DNA of 64,000 nucleotides. Origin: a bacterium (GTDB taxonomy: Bacteria; Electryoneota; JAOADG01). Both the position numbers and the translations under genes were made by a program. The notes under the pieces were generated by a model. The model was not told the origin of the DNA. It saw only the letters and a program-made list of their open reading frames with translations, and did no database searches. Location: assembly GCA_963681965.1 (NCBI GenBank), contig OY820579.1:2272001-2336000 (forward strand), read 5' to 3'. Every line of letters begins with the position of its first letter. The first letter of the stretch is position 1. Shown here piece by piece: positions 50,182 to 59,885 of the stretch.

Positions 50182-51087
50182 GTGAAAATAGCTGTCATCT
50201 TCAATCCCTTTTCCGGATTACCGAAACTCCTGCCAATGATCCGACAGAAAGTACTGTCGCAGCTCTCCGATTACGGTCATGAGTCATTGGTGTATGACAT
50301 CGCGATTGGTTGCAATGCCACGACGCTGGCGCAGGAAGCAGTCGCTGCCGGTGCCGAGATTGTGATTGCGGCTGGCGGCGACGGTACGGTGAATGGGATT
50401 GCCAAAGGGGTGAACAACACCAACGTCGCGCTGTTTCATCTTCCACTCGGCAGTGGCAATGGATTTGCCCGGACGATGGGTATTCCGTTGAAAATCGATG
50501 CGGCATTGGCACTCCTGCGCAATCCGGTGATTCGCAAAGTCGATACTGCGACGATGAATGGCGAATTGTTCGTGATTTCTTGCGGGTTTGGGCTGGATGC
50601 GCAAATTGCACACGATTTCAGCAAATTGAAAATTCGCGGTATTGGACCTTACATCTTATTCGGTTTCAAACGGTATTTCCGGTATGTGTCGGAACGGTAC
50701 CGATTGACCGATCTCGATACCAACCGCACCTGGGAAGCGGAAGCACTGATTGTGGCGGCGACGCTCTCGCCGCAATTCGGAGGAGGTGCAATCGTCGCAC
50801 CGATGGCTGCGCCGGACGACGGCTATCTCGATTGGTTCGAAGGGGAGAACCCGAATCTTCATGAAGTACCGCGGATCTATTACCGGCTCTTCAATGGCTC
50901 ATTGGATGTCGAGAAACGGATGCACTACTATCGGGTGAAACGGATTCAAGTGGAACGGCTCTCTGACCGGAGGGAGATTCATCTCGATGGCGAAGCCTGT
51001 TATTCGGAGAAGGTGAATGTGATTGAGATTCATCCGCTCACGCTGTCGGCGGTGGTCGGTCCCGCGCATTTTGATGGGTGGAAGTAG
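50182..51087 (+). CDS. diacylglycerol/lipid kinase (DagK/YegS family)
   Basis: FNPFSG, GGDGTV, PLGSGNGFAR, GFGLDA, HLDGE. Confidence 0.9.
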   Translation: MKIAVIFNPFSGLPKLLPMIRQKVLSQLSDYGHESLVYDIAIGCNATTLAQEAVAAGAEIVIAAGGDGTVNGIAKGVNNTNVALFHLPLGSGNGFARTMGIPLKIDAALALLRNPVIRKVDTATMNGELFVISCGFGLDAQIAHDFSKLKIRGIGPYILFGFKRYFRYVSERYRLTDLDTNRTWEAEALIVAATLSPQFGGGAIVAPMAAPDDGYLDWFEGENPNLHEVPRIYYRLFNGSLDVEKRMHYYRVKRIQVERLSDRREIHLDGEACYSEKVNVIEIHPLTLSAVVGPAHFDGWK

Positions 51088-51147
51088 CGGTGCTTGGTGC
51101 TTGGTAAAGAAAGTCGCGGGGAAATATCGTCATCTTGAGTCTTGATT

Positions 51148-51425
51148 TGTCGTTGCGAGGAACGCAGCGAAGTAACATGCGAAGCATTTACGAAGCGAAG
51201 AGACGAAGCAATCTAATCTTGTGATTTTTTCAAGCAATCGCAGGCTCAGAGCATTCGTTATTTGCATTTGGAGGTTAGGCGTTAGCCTGACACTGTTAGT
51301 AAATATCGGCGGATTGATCCGAGTATTTTCACCCGTAGGGGCGTATGGAATGGGTGATAGGGAATAGGTAGTAGGTGGTGGGAAAAGATAAAAAAAAGAG
51401 TCGGAATAAATTCCGACCTACTAAA
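51148..51425. repeat. REP cluster
   Basis: TGTCGTTGCGAG..GAAGCAATCT element and GTCGGAATAAATTCCGAC hairpin. Confidence 0.75.
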
Positions 51426-51475
51426 GAAGATTGCGGAATCGGAAGTCGGCAGTATTATAGAAGTAAAGGCAAACA

Positions 51476-52594
51476 ATGATTCACACACCAGAAGCAGTAA
51501 AATTACCACGCAGTTTTGTCCAATTGGATTACATGGACTGGATCAAGCGCCATGCACAACGCCCCGACGAGACGCTCGAATGGGGACTGGCGCTGTCGGG
51601 GATGCCCGATGCCGATATGAAATTATTGAAACCACTGACCGAAGACCTGCCGTTGTTCGGGAACAATCACAACGGTTGGCGACCGTGGAAAGAGGCGCTG
51701 GCGGAGAAGTACAGTCTCAAATACGAACAGGTGTCGACCAGTTTCGGTACGCAGATGGCGAATTTCCTCGCCGTTGCCGCACTCGCCGGTCCGGGCGACC
51801 GAGTGATGGTCGAATATCCGACCTACGAACCGCTCCACGGCTTACCGCGCGGATTTGCGAGCAAAGTCGATTACCTGATCATGAAGCGCGAAAATGGTTG
51901 GAAAGTCACCGTCGAGGAATTCAAGAAGGCGGTCGGCAATGCCGTCCGGCTGGTGATTCTGGCGAATTCGCACAATCCGACCGGAATCTTTTATAAAGAC
52001 GATGAGATCGTGCAATTCGCGAAAATTGTCGCCGATGCCGGTGGTCATTTATTGATCGACGAAGTGTATCGCGACGCCGTGCCGGAACTGCGCGGACGCA
52101 CGACTGCTACGCTGGCTAACAATATCGTCGTAACATCTAGTTGGACGAAAGTATACGGACTTAGCACACTGCGCGCCGGTTGGATTTTCGGCAGCCCGGA
52201 AGTCATTCACGCCGTAGAATTGGTAAACGATCGTCTCCCGGCACGGGGACCGCTGATTCTGGAAGAGCTTTGCTCCCGTGTGGCGCGTACTCCCGGCTTA
52301 CTGCATAAATGCGGACCGGATCGCTTGATCCGGTTGGTCGGAAATCGGCAAGTACTGGCTGAAACCGCGGCGCGCAACGGTTGGGATGTCGTATTACCTG
52401 ATTGGTCGTTAGTGGTTTATCTAAAACACCCGACGCTGAGCGGCGATGAAGTATCGGCACGAGGACGGTCAGCGGGATTGCTCATTACACCCGGGAAATA
52501 TTTCGGCGATTCGTCGCGAATCCGAATGGCACTGACTGCCGATACCGACACCTTCTCCCAGCTTCTACGGAAGTTAGAGGAGGCGTTACAGTAG
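51476..52594 (+). CDS. PLP-dependent aminotransferase class I/II
   Basis: NSHNPTG, IDEVY, SWTKVYGLSTLRAGW. Confidence 0.88.
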   Translation: MIHTPEAVKLPRSFVQLDYMDWIKRHAQRPDETLEWGLALSGMPDADMKLLKPLTEDLPLFGNNHNGWRPWKEALAEKYSLKYEQVSTSFGTQMANFLAVAALAGPGDRVMVEYPTYEPLHGLPRGFASKVDYLIMKRENGWKVTVEEFKKAVGNAVRLVILANSHNPTGIFYKDDEIVQFAKIVADAGGHLLIDEVYRDAVPELRGRTTATLANNIVVTSSWTKVYGLSTLRAGWIFGSPEVIHAVELVNDRLPARGPLILEELCSRVARTPGLLHKCGPDRLIRLVGNRQVLAETAARNGWDVVLPDWSLVVYLKHPTLSGDEVSARGRSAGLLITPGKYFGDSSRIRMALTADTDTFSQLLRKLEEALQ

Positions 52595-52805
52595 GCTTGT
52601 GTCGCGGCAAGAATCGTTGTATAATCGCTATCGACTTGATCCAATCGAACACGAATAAAAGATCGCTCGAAAAGTTGTCATCGAAAGTAGGGGCGGGCTC
52701 CCATGCCCGCCCGCAAGTCAGGCGAAGCCTGACACCGATTTATGACAACTTATTTTCAGAGATACTATATATTTACCCCTTGGTTATTCGAAATATGAGG
52801 ACAGA

Positions 52806-53552
52806 ATGAAGATCGCAGTACTAGTGAAAACCGTTCCGGATTCCGAAGCCCGGATCCAATTGGCGCCCGATGGCAAGGACTGGGTGCGCAAAGACGTCAA
52901 ACTTGATTTGAATCCGTACGATGAATATGCCATCGAAGAAGCATTGAAATTGAAGGAAGCGAACGGCGGTACGGTAACCGTCGTCAGTTATGGACAGGCG
53001 GAAGTGACCGACGCGTTACGCAAAGCGCTGGCGATGGGCGCGGACGATGCGATACACGCTGTCGGCGATGCGACGCCCGATCCGATGGTTACAGCCAAGG
53101 CGCTGGCACAGGCGCTCAACGGTCGCGGTTTCGAATTGATACTCTGTGGAAAAGCCGCTATCGACGACGACAATATGGCAGTCGGAACCATGCTCGCTGC
53201 AGCGATGGATATACCGAATGTGTCGGTCGCGGTGAAATTGACGATTGCCGGTGGCAATGCGACCTGCGAACGCGAAATCGACGGTGGTGTCGAGGTGGTG
53301 ACCACATCGCTCCCCGCCGTGATCAGTTGTCAGAAGGGTCTCAACGATCCACGCTACCCGTCGCTCAAAGGGATCATGGCAGCGAAAAAGAAGACTATCG
53401 AGCAGGTCAATGTTACCGTCGACGCGGCGAAAATCACTGTCGACAGCTATAGCTATCCCGAAGCACGCAAGGGGGGACGGTTCCTCGGCAAGAGTGCCGA
53501 CGATATCCCGGAACTCGTTCGACTGCTGAAAGAGGAAGCGAAAGTCATTTAG
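52806..53552 (+). CDS. fixA: electron transfer flavoprotein subunit beta (FixA/EtfB)
   Basis: NPYDEYAIEEAL, ALAMGAD, CGKAAIDDD, PRYPSLKGIM. Confidence 0.92.
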   Translation: MKIAVLVKTVPDSEARIQLAPDGKDWVRKDVKLDLNPYDEYAIEEALKLKEANGGTVTVVSYGQAEVTDALRKALAMGADDAIHAVGDATPDPMVTAKALAQALNGRGFELILCGKAAIDDDNMAVGTMLAAAMDIPNVSVAVKLTIAGGNATCEREIDGGVEVVTTSLPAVISCQKGLNDPRYPSLKGIMAAKKKTIEQVNVTVDAAKITVDSYSYPEARKGGRFLGKSADDIPELVRLLKEEAKVI

Positions 53553-53706
53553 ATTTTTTAGTAGGGGCAGACCCCCGTGTCTGCCCGCTCTTGTGTCTTG
53601 ATCTTTAGTAGGGGCGATCCCACTGCGGTCGCCCACCTTATGAATCTTGATTTTGTAGGTGGGACATGCTTGTCCTGTAACCTATCGCGAAGTACTTGGA
53701 GACATC

Positions 53707-54648
53707 ATGAAATTTTTAGTATGGGTAGAAACCAAAAATGGAAAAGCGACCGGAACGTCGCATGGTACTTTAAGCGCCGCCCGCCAACTCGCGGGAGACG
53801 CTGCAATTGCAGCCGTGATATTCGATGGCACTGCTGCCGCTGATTGTGCCAGATTTGGCGCCGATGAAGTGTATGTCGCGAGCGATGCCGGCTTGAAGAG
53901 CTATTCGACCGAAGGGTATACCGCAGCGTTGCAACAGGCGATGACGGCGAGTGGCGCCGATACGCTGTTCCTAACTGCTACGGCAGCCGGACGCGATGTT
54001 GCACCGCGATTGGCGATGATGATCGATGCCGCGTTGCTGGTCGATGTCACCGGTCTGAAAATCGACGGCGATGCGATCGTCGCGACTCATCCGGTATTTG
54101 CCGGCAAGGCGATCCAGACGCTGCGCACCAGCGCTCCGAATAAAGTTATTTCAACGCGTGCAAAAGCGTTTCTGCCGACCGAGTGCCCGAAAGCCGGCAC
54201 CGTGAAAGAATTGGCGGTAACATTGCCTACGATCCGTGCGAAGGTTGTCGAGACGCGCGTTGCCAGTACCGATCGACCGTTGTTGACCGAAGCCGATATC
54301 ATTGTTTCCGGTGGTCGCGGGATGAAGAGTGCGGAGAATTTCAAGCTGATCGAACAGCTCGCCGATGCGCTCGGTGCCGCAGTCGGTGCTTCGCGTGCGG
54401 TGGTGGATGCCGGCTGGCGCCCTCACGAAGAGCAGGTCGGTCAGACCGGAAAGAATGTCAGCCCATCGCTCTACTTCGCGATTGGCATTAGCGGTGCGGT
54501 ACAGCATCTTGCCGGTATGAACAGCTCGAAGACGATCGTTGCGATTAATCCCGATGCGCAGGCGCCGATCTGGAAGATTGCCGATTACGGTATCATCGCC
54601 GATGCGATGGAGATCGTCCCGAAGCTGGCGGATGCGGTGAAGAAGTAA
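53707..54648 (+). CDS. fixB: electron transfer flavoprotein subunit alpha (FixB/EtfA)
   Basis: VSGGRG, GASRAVVDAGW, QVGQTGK, GISGAVQHLAGM. Confidence 0.93.
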   Translation: MKFLVWVETKNGKATGTSHGTLSAARQLAGDAAIAAVIFDGTAAADCARFGADEVYVASDAGLKSYSTEGYTAALQQAMTASGADTLFLTATAAGRDVAPRLAMMIDAALLVDVTGLKIDGDAIVATHPVFAGKAIQTLRTSAPNKVISTRAKAFLPTECPKAGTVKELAVTLPTIRAKVVETRVASTDRPLLTEADIIVSGGRGMKSAENFKLIEQLADALGAAVGASRAVVDAGWRPHEEQVGQTGKNVSPSLYFAIGISGAVQHLAGMNSSKTIVAINPDAQAPIWKIADYGIIADAMEIVPKLADAVKK

Positions 54649-54684
54649 AGCAATTAAGCGAGGAGAACCTCGATCGAGGTAATC

Positions 54685-55839
54685 ATGCTCAAATCAATTT
54701 ACATCGATAACTACAAAACACTGGTCGATTTCAAACTGGACTTGAAACCGATCAACTTACTGTTAGGCGCGAACGGGGCAGGGAAGACCAGCGTTTTCTC
54801 TGCCTTGGAAGCGGTGCAACAATTAGTCTCATCCTCGAATAGTATAGAAACAATTTTTAGAAAAATGCATCTTACGCGCTGGGAAAAAGTAAAAGAAGAT
54901 CACTCTTTTTCCCTTGAACTCCAAGATAATATCGGGCTATATCGCTACGAAGTCTCATTAGATCCTGGTGATGAAGATAAATATACAGGTTCAATCAAAT
55001 ATGAACGGATTTTTTTAAACGGCATCCTCTATTATTCTTTCGAAAATGGAATCATTGAAGTCTATAATGACCAACATAATCGAACAAACAGATACTCTTT
55101 TAATATTTCAAGATCAGGATTAATTTCAATTCAGAATTCTTTAGAAAATCGAGTGATTATGCATTTTCTTGAATTGATTAATAGCATTCTAATTTTTTCT
55201 CTCGACCCATATTCAGGTGAAGGAATTAGAAAAAAAGAAACTACTAATGATAATATTCGACTTAACAAACGAGCTAGGAATTTTGAGGATTGGTTTTATC
55301 ATTTTCGAAGCTCTATAAATTCTGATTATGATAATTATATAAGAGAACTTCAGCAAGTTGTTCCAAATTTAGATGCAATTGTTGGTAATGAAGTGTTTGG
55401 CCACCGTTTTTTAACAATTGAATTTATGAATAATATCACTAAAGATAATAAAAACAATAAAGAAGAATATTTATTCTATGAGCTATCTGAAGGTCAGAGA
55501 ATTTTAATTATCCTGTATTCAATAATATATTATTCAAAAATTCGCCCAACAATTCTAGTGTTAGACGAGCCCGATAACTTTGTCACTCTTCGCGAAATTG
55601 GGCCGATCATAAACAATCTGATCGAGCGCTCGGAAGACAAAGAAAATCCCTTGCAATCTATTATCATTTCTCATCATCCGGAAATTATCGATGCATTGGG
55701 ATTCTCGAACGGAATACTCTTGCGACGCAAGGATGGTGGTGCAACCGAAGCGATTAAAGATTTGCGGAAATCGTTACCGGTAATGGATAGTGGCATGCTG
55801 ATGTCGGAAATAATTGCTCGAGGTTGGGAGAATGATTAG
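54685..55839 (+). CDS. ABC-type ATPase (AAA_21/AbiEii/OLD-like)
   Basis: Walker A GANGAGKT, signature LSEGQR, Walker B LVLDEPDN, H-loop SHHPE; AT-rich middle. Confidence 0.88.
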   Translation: MLKSIYIDNYKTLVDFKLDLKPINLLLGANGAGKTSVFSALEAVQQLVSSSNSIETIFRKMHLTRWEKVKEDHSFSLELQDNIGLYRYEVSLDPGDEDKYTGSIKYERIFLNGILYYSFENGIIEVYNDQHNRTNRYSFNISRSGLISIQNSLENRVIMHFLELINSILIFSLDPYSGEGIRKKETTNDNIRLNKRARNFEDWFYHFRSSINSDYDNYIRELQQVVPNLDAIVGNEVFGHRFLTIEFMNNITKDNKNNKEEYLFYELSEGQRILIILYSIIYYSKIRPTILVLDEPDNFVTLREIGPIINNLIERSEDKENPLQSIIISHHPEIIDALGFSNGILLRRKDGGATEAIKDLRKSLPVMDSGMLMSEIIARGWEND

Positions 55840-56374
55840 AATTGGTATCGATCTCTTGTACGAAGGAGAACGCGATTACAATTTTATCAAGCATTTCCTA
55901 AGAAATTCGAATGTGTCGATTCGGGATTTTCCAGTTTTCAAAGAACGATCGGGAAGCGGCGAGCAATACGTGAGAGTTACGCTACCAGAACGATTGAAGG
56001 CATTTCGTACACACAATTTTATTAAGAGTAATTGTTTGATTGTTTTGACAGATGCCGATACAATTTCCATCGAAAAGCGCAAGCAACAACTTCAAAAAGA
56101 ATGTTTGGAAAAGGGCGTCGATTATATTCAGGATGGTGAACAAGTTATCGTAGCAATTCCGCGTCGAAATCTTGAAACATGGGTACAACATATCAATAAT
56201 CCATCGATCATTGACGAGACTGAAGATTTTAAAGAGAAAACTACAGATGAAGAATGTACGATCGCAGCCAAGAGACTAGCTGATCTTTGCCGAAACAAAT
56301 CCGAAGTGAAATTACCATCTTTGTCAAGAGCCTGTAACGAATTCAATCGCAGATTTCCAACTGGGAACAATTAA
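55832..56374 (+). CDS. TOPRIM-like partner protein (DUF4276/DUF4435-like)
   Basis: LYEGERD, GSGEQYV, VLTDAD, PRRNLETW; start overlaps the ATPase stop. Confidence 0.65.
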   Translation: MIRIGIDLLYEGERDYNFIKHFLRNSNVSIRDFPVFKERSGSGEQYVRVTLPERLKAFRTHNFIKSNCLIVLTDADTISIEKRKQQLQKECLEKGVDYIQDGEQVIVAIPRRNLETWVQHINNPSIIDETEDFKEKTTDEECTIAAKRLADLCRNKSEVKLPSLSRACNEFNRRFPTGNN

Positions 56375-57684
56375 TGTCTGACGAAAAAACAACCTGTATT
56401 GTCGTGGGTGCCGGTCCGGCGGGAGCGGCGGCGGCATTGACGTTGGCGAAAGCCGGGATCGAGGTGTTGTTGCTGGAGCGCGGCGAAACCGCCGGCTGCA
56501 AGAACCTGTTCGGCGGCGTGCTCTATACCACCATTCTGGATAAATTGGTGCCGGAGTGGATGGACGAAGCACCGCTCGAACGCTATGTCACCCGCAAGCG
56601 CTTCTCGCTGATGGCGAAGGATGCCGAAATCGCCCTCGACTTCAAAACCAAGCGCTACGAACAGCACCCGAAGCGAAATTATTCCTATGTCGCGCTCCGT
56701 GCCAAATTCGATGCATGGTTTGCTGGAAAAGCCGAAGAAGCCGGTGCTATGCTTGCCACCGGGGTCATGGTCAAAGAGCTGATCATTCAGAATGACAAAG
56801 TCATCGGCGTTCGCACCGAACCGGGTAACGAAGAATTTTTCGCCGACGTTGTGATTTCCGCCGAAGGCGTACACAGTTATCTGACACTGCAGGCTGGATT
56901 GCGCAAAGAGGAATTCAATCCCGATTTCATGGTCACTGCCGCAAAAGAAGTGATCGAGCTGGATCAGACCGTACTCGAAGACCGTTTCCAATTAGAAGGG
57001 GATGAGGGGGTTGCTGCCGCGTACTTCGGTGAAGGGTTGTTCGGCATGTTCGGTGCCGGGTTTGTCTATACCAACAAGAATTCACTCTCGATCGGCACCG
57101 GTGTGACGATTAGCGAGATGATCCGTCATAAAAAGAATCCGAACGACGTACTGGAACATTTCAAACAACACCCGGCGATCCGTCCATTGATCAAAGGCGG
57201 AACAACGATCGAATATTCCGCGCACATGATTCCGGAATATGGCTACGATCACCGCCCCGGTCTGTACACTGCCGGTTTTCTTGTCACTGGCGACGCGGCT
57301 GGTTTGGTCAACAGCAGCCATCATCAGGAAGGCACGAACCTCGCGATGGCATCGGGCGTATTTGCCGCCGAAACCGTGATTGAAGCAGTCAAGCGCAACG
57401 ATTTTAGCCGCGCCACGATGGCACTATACGAACAGAAACTGGAAAACAGTTTTGTGCTGAAGGATCTGAAGAAGTACCGCCACATGTCGCACTTCTTCAA
57501 CACGAATCCTCATTTCCTGCGCGACTATCCGGAACTGGCGGCTGAATTGCTCGGCGATTATTTCGAAGTGTCGGATCGTCCGAAAGCGGAGGTCGAAAGC
57601 GAAGTGTACCGGAAATTGCGTCGACGCGTTCCGGTGTTAACAATGTTGACTGATTTCTGGAAAGCCAAGAAAGCGATCTTTTAG
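56374..57684 (+). CDS. fixC: FixC-like FAD-dependent ETF:quinone oxidoreductase
   Basis: VVGAGPAG, KNLFGG, GFVYTNK.SLSIG, EYSAHMIPE, GDAAG, EGTNLAM. Confidence 0.92.
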   Translation: MSDEKTTCIVVGAGPAGAAAALTLAKAGIEVLLLERGETAGCKNLFGGVLYTTILDKLVPEWMDEAPLERYVTRKRFSLMAKDAEIALDFKTKRYEQHPKRNYSYVALRAKFDAWFAGKAEEAGAMLATGVMVKELIIQNDKVIGVRTEPGNEEFFADVVISAEGVHSYLTLQAGLRKEEFNPDFMVTAAKEVIELDQTVLEDRFQLEGDEGVAAAYFGEGLFGMFGAGFVYTNKNSLSIGTGVTISEMIRHKKNPNDVLEHFKQHPAIRPLIKGGTTIEYSAHMIPEYGYDHRPGLYTAGFLVTGDAAGLVNSSHHQEGTNLAMASGVFAAETVIEAVKRNDFSRATMALYEQKLENSFVLKDLKKYRHMSHFFNTNPHFLRDYPELAAELLGDYFEVSDRPKAEVESEVYRKLRRRVPVLTMLTDFWKAKKAIF

Positions 57685-57693
57685 GAGACACCG

Positions 57694-57978
57694 ATGGCAG
57701 TACTAACGACAATTGAAGAAAAACTCGGTCTCCTGAAGTATAAGCACGACCGCGAGAGTCACATCACGGTGGATCAGGAGAAATTTAAACAGGATCCGGT
57801 GCAATCGATTTTGTATGTCTGTCCGGCGAAGGTGTACGAGAAGCGCGAATCCGACGGCACATGCGTAGTAAATTTCGAGAATTGCGTCGAATGCGGAACC
57901 TGCCGGATTGCTGCGCCAGACTACGTCCGGTGGTTTTATCCGATCGGTGGTGTCGGGGTACAGTATCGCGAGGGGTAA
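57694..57978 (+). CDS. fixX: FixX ferredoxin-like protein
   Basis: CPAKVY, CVECGTCRI, W.YP.GG.GV.YR.G. Confidence 0.92.
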   Translation: MAVLTTIEEKLGLLKYKHDRESHITVDQEKFKQDPVQSILYVCPAKVYEKRESDGTCVVNFENCVECGTCRIAAPDYVRWFYPIGGVGVQYREG

Positions 57979-58101
57979 CCCGAAATCGACCGAATCGATC
58001 TACCAGAATAGTATTGATTTTTTGGGATCCGCAAAAATCGTTTGGATCAACGGCGATTTCCCTTAAATTAGACGTAACTTTTACGATCAGAGTATTCGAC
58101 T

Positions 58102-58917
58102 ATGCCTTCTATCTCTCAGGAGAAGATTTTTCAGTATTCGTTACTACTACCGCTACTGGTCGTATTGTGTGCTCTTACCCTTCTTCCGAACGACAGTTAC
58201 AGCGCTGCCCGCGGAACTCTTCAGGAATCGATCAAGCAAATCGATTCGCTGTTTCAATACGGCGAAATCGATCATGCCGAAACCGAAGCGCTGAAACTAC
58301 TTTCCGATCGACATTTGACCGACGATGACCGGGTCCATCTGGAGTGTTTGATTGGATCGATTTACGTGGCTCGATCCGATTCACTCGGAGCGAAACAAGC
58401 CTTTCAGCGTGCATTGCGGCTGCGACCGAATCTGACGTTGAACCCGAATACCACTGCCCCGAAGATTATTGCACTGTTCGAAGTCGCGAAGCTCGAAAAC
58501 TCCCCTTCTTATTATATGACCGACGAGCAGATTGAACTCTACGAAGTGGCGAAAATCCGGTTGAAAGCCTATCCGGTCGGTTATGTTCTGCCGGGTTGGG
58601 GCATCCTTCGGCAAGGGAAATCGCGCGAGGGAACCATTCTGTTAACCTCTGAATGTGCCTTGCTTGCCGGGACGATTTACGCTGCGATCAGTGCCAACAA
58701 GGCGCACGACGATTATCACGCTGCCGGTAGCGACAATGCTGCAGCGCGGTGGGATACTTACAAATCCTGGGTTCAGAAACGCGATCTGCTGCTCATATCG
58801 ACTGCAGTCCTACATACCGTCGGTATTTTGGATATTACGTACGGCAGGCTCGCTCTCCCCGGGAAGACCCAACTTTCGATCAATGGGTCGGGGGTGGGGA
58901 TCGCATTGACATTCTGA
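58102..58917 (+). CDS. TPR-containing exported/membrane protein (DUF5683-like C-terminus)
   Basis: Signal/TM; AKQAFQRALRLRP..L....PKI motif; LPGWG; hydrophobic C-terminal helices. Confidence 0.65.
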   Translation: MPSISQEKIFQYSLLLPLLVVLCALTLLPNDSYSAARGTLQESIKQIDSLFQYGEIDHAETEALKLLSDRHLTDDDRVHLECLIGSIYVARSDSLGAKQAFQRALRLRPNLTLNPNTTAPKIIALFEVAKLENSPSYYMTDEQIELYEVAKIRLKAYPVGYVLPGWGILRQGKSREGTILLTSECALLAGTIYAAISANKAHDDYHAAGSDNAAARWDTYKSWVQKRDLLLISTAVLHTVGILDITYGRLALPGKTQLSINGSGVGIALTF

Positions 58918-59038
58918 CATCGATAATCATGCATCGAATGCATGAAGTCTGCAAGTTATGCATAGATTGCATTCCACGTTTTTACCAACCAATATTGATA
59001 TTTAAAGAATTATCCAATTTAAACCCTTGATTCAGTTT

Positions 59039-59054
59039 TGGCATACCGATTGCT
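59039..59054 (+). promoter_or_regulatory. sigma54 -24/-12 promoter with upstream TGCA-rich putative activator sites
   Basis: TGGCATACCGATTGCT has exact spacing; five TGCA tetramers at 58930-58971. Confidence 0.6.
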
Positions 59055-59064
59055 CTATAGAAAA

Positions 59065-59353
59065 GCGGATACTTGATCAGCTTCGATGAGTTTAAACTTC
59101 CAATGTTCTTGTACGGTTTACTTAGATTGTTCTTGCACTGCTCGCTTTGATGGAAGTTTGAAGACTTAAGCTGCCCAGCTAACTTAGAACAACTCGCTGA
59201 CTTGCTAACTGATCTGCTAACTTTGATTTGCTTTCGTTGATTTGCTTACTGTATGGGGAGCTTAGTCGGGGCACGGTTCACACGCACTGCTAACGATGAC
59301 AACATCCCGACGCGCACGTAAAATGCCTGCTTTTAGCAGGCATTTTACGTTTT
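59065..59353 (+). ncRNA. putative structured sRNA (or sORF-bearing transcript)
   Basis: Lies between the sigma54 promoter and a terminator; no long ORF; paired segments AAACTTCCA/TGGAAGTTT and GTCGGG/CCCGAC; repeated GCTAAC. Confidence 0.4.
59316..59353. terminator. strong hairpin terminator, possibly bidirectional
   Basis: 16 bp perfect stem ACGTAAAATGCCTGCT/AGCAGGCATTTTACGT. Confidence 0.7.
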
Positions 59354-59380
59354 AGGGGATTGATCGTCGGAATGCATTGT

Positions 59381-59885
59381 GGTAGATCGGAATTTATTCC
59401 GACTCCTCTTGTGTCCAAAATTGATCGGCGGACACGAAGGGTCGCTCCGAAAAATTGTACGATCGTATTGCTGTAGGTCATAACTTGTTCTGACCACCTC
59501 TTGTGTCCAAAATTGGGCGGGCGACCGCGGAGGGTCGCCATTACGGCAGGATACAGGATTCAAGAGAAGAAAGATCGCGGACTAAAGTCCGCCGCTACCA
59601 ATCTTTTCCCAACACCAACACCCATCTTTTCGGTGGGTCGGAATTTATTCCGACTCCTCTTGTGGTACGGGCGGTTCGCGAACCGCCCGTGTCTGTTGAA
59701 GATCGTTTTTATTCGCAATCGGGAAAATTATTTTTTGCGAAAGGTAAATATTTGTGCATTATCATCGGGTTCGGGCGGGCATGGGAGCCCGCCCCTACTA
59801 CAGGACACAAGAAGAAAAGATAACAGAAAGGGCGTATGCGATACGCCCCTACGGAAAAAAGAGCCGATTCGGAGATCGGCACTAC
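59381..59885. repeat. mosaic REP array
   Basis: Recurrent hairpin families, including relatives of the 99 bp unit linkers. Confidence 0.85.
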
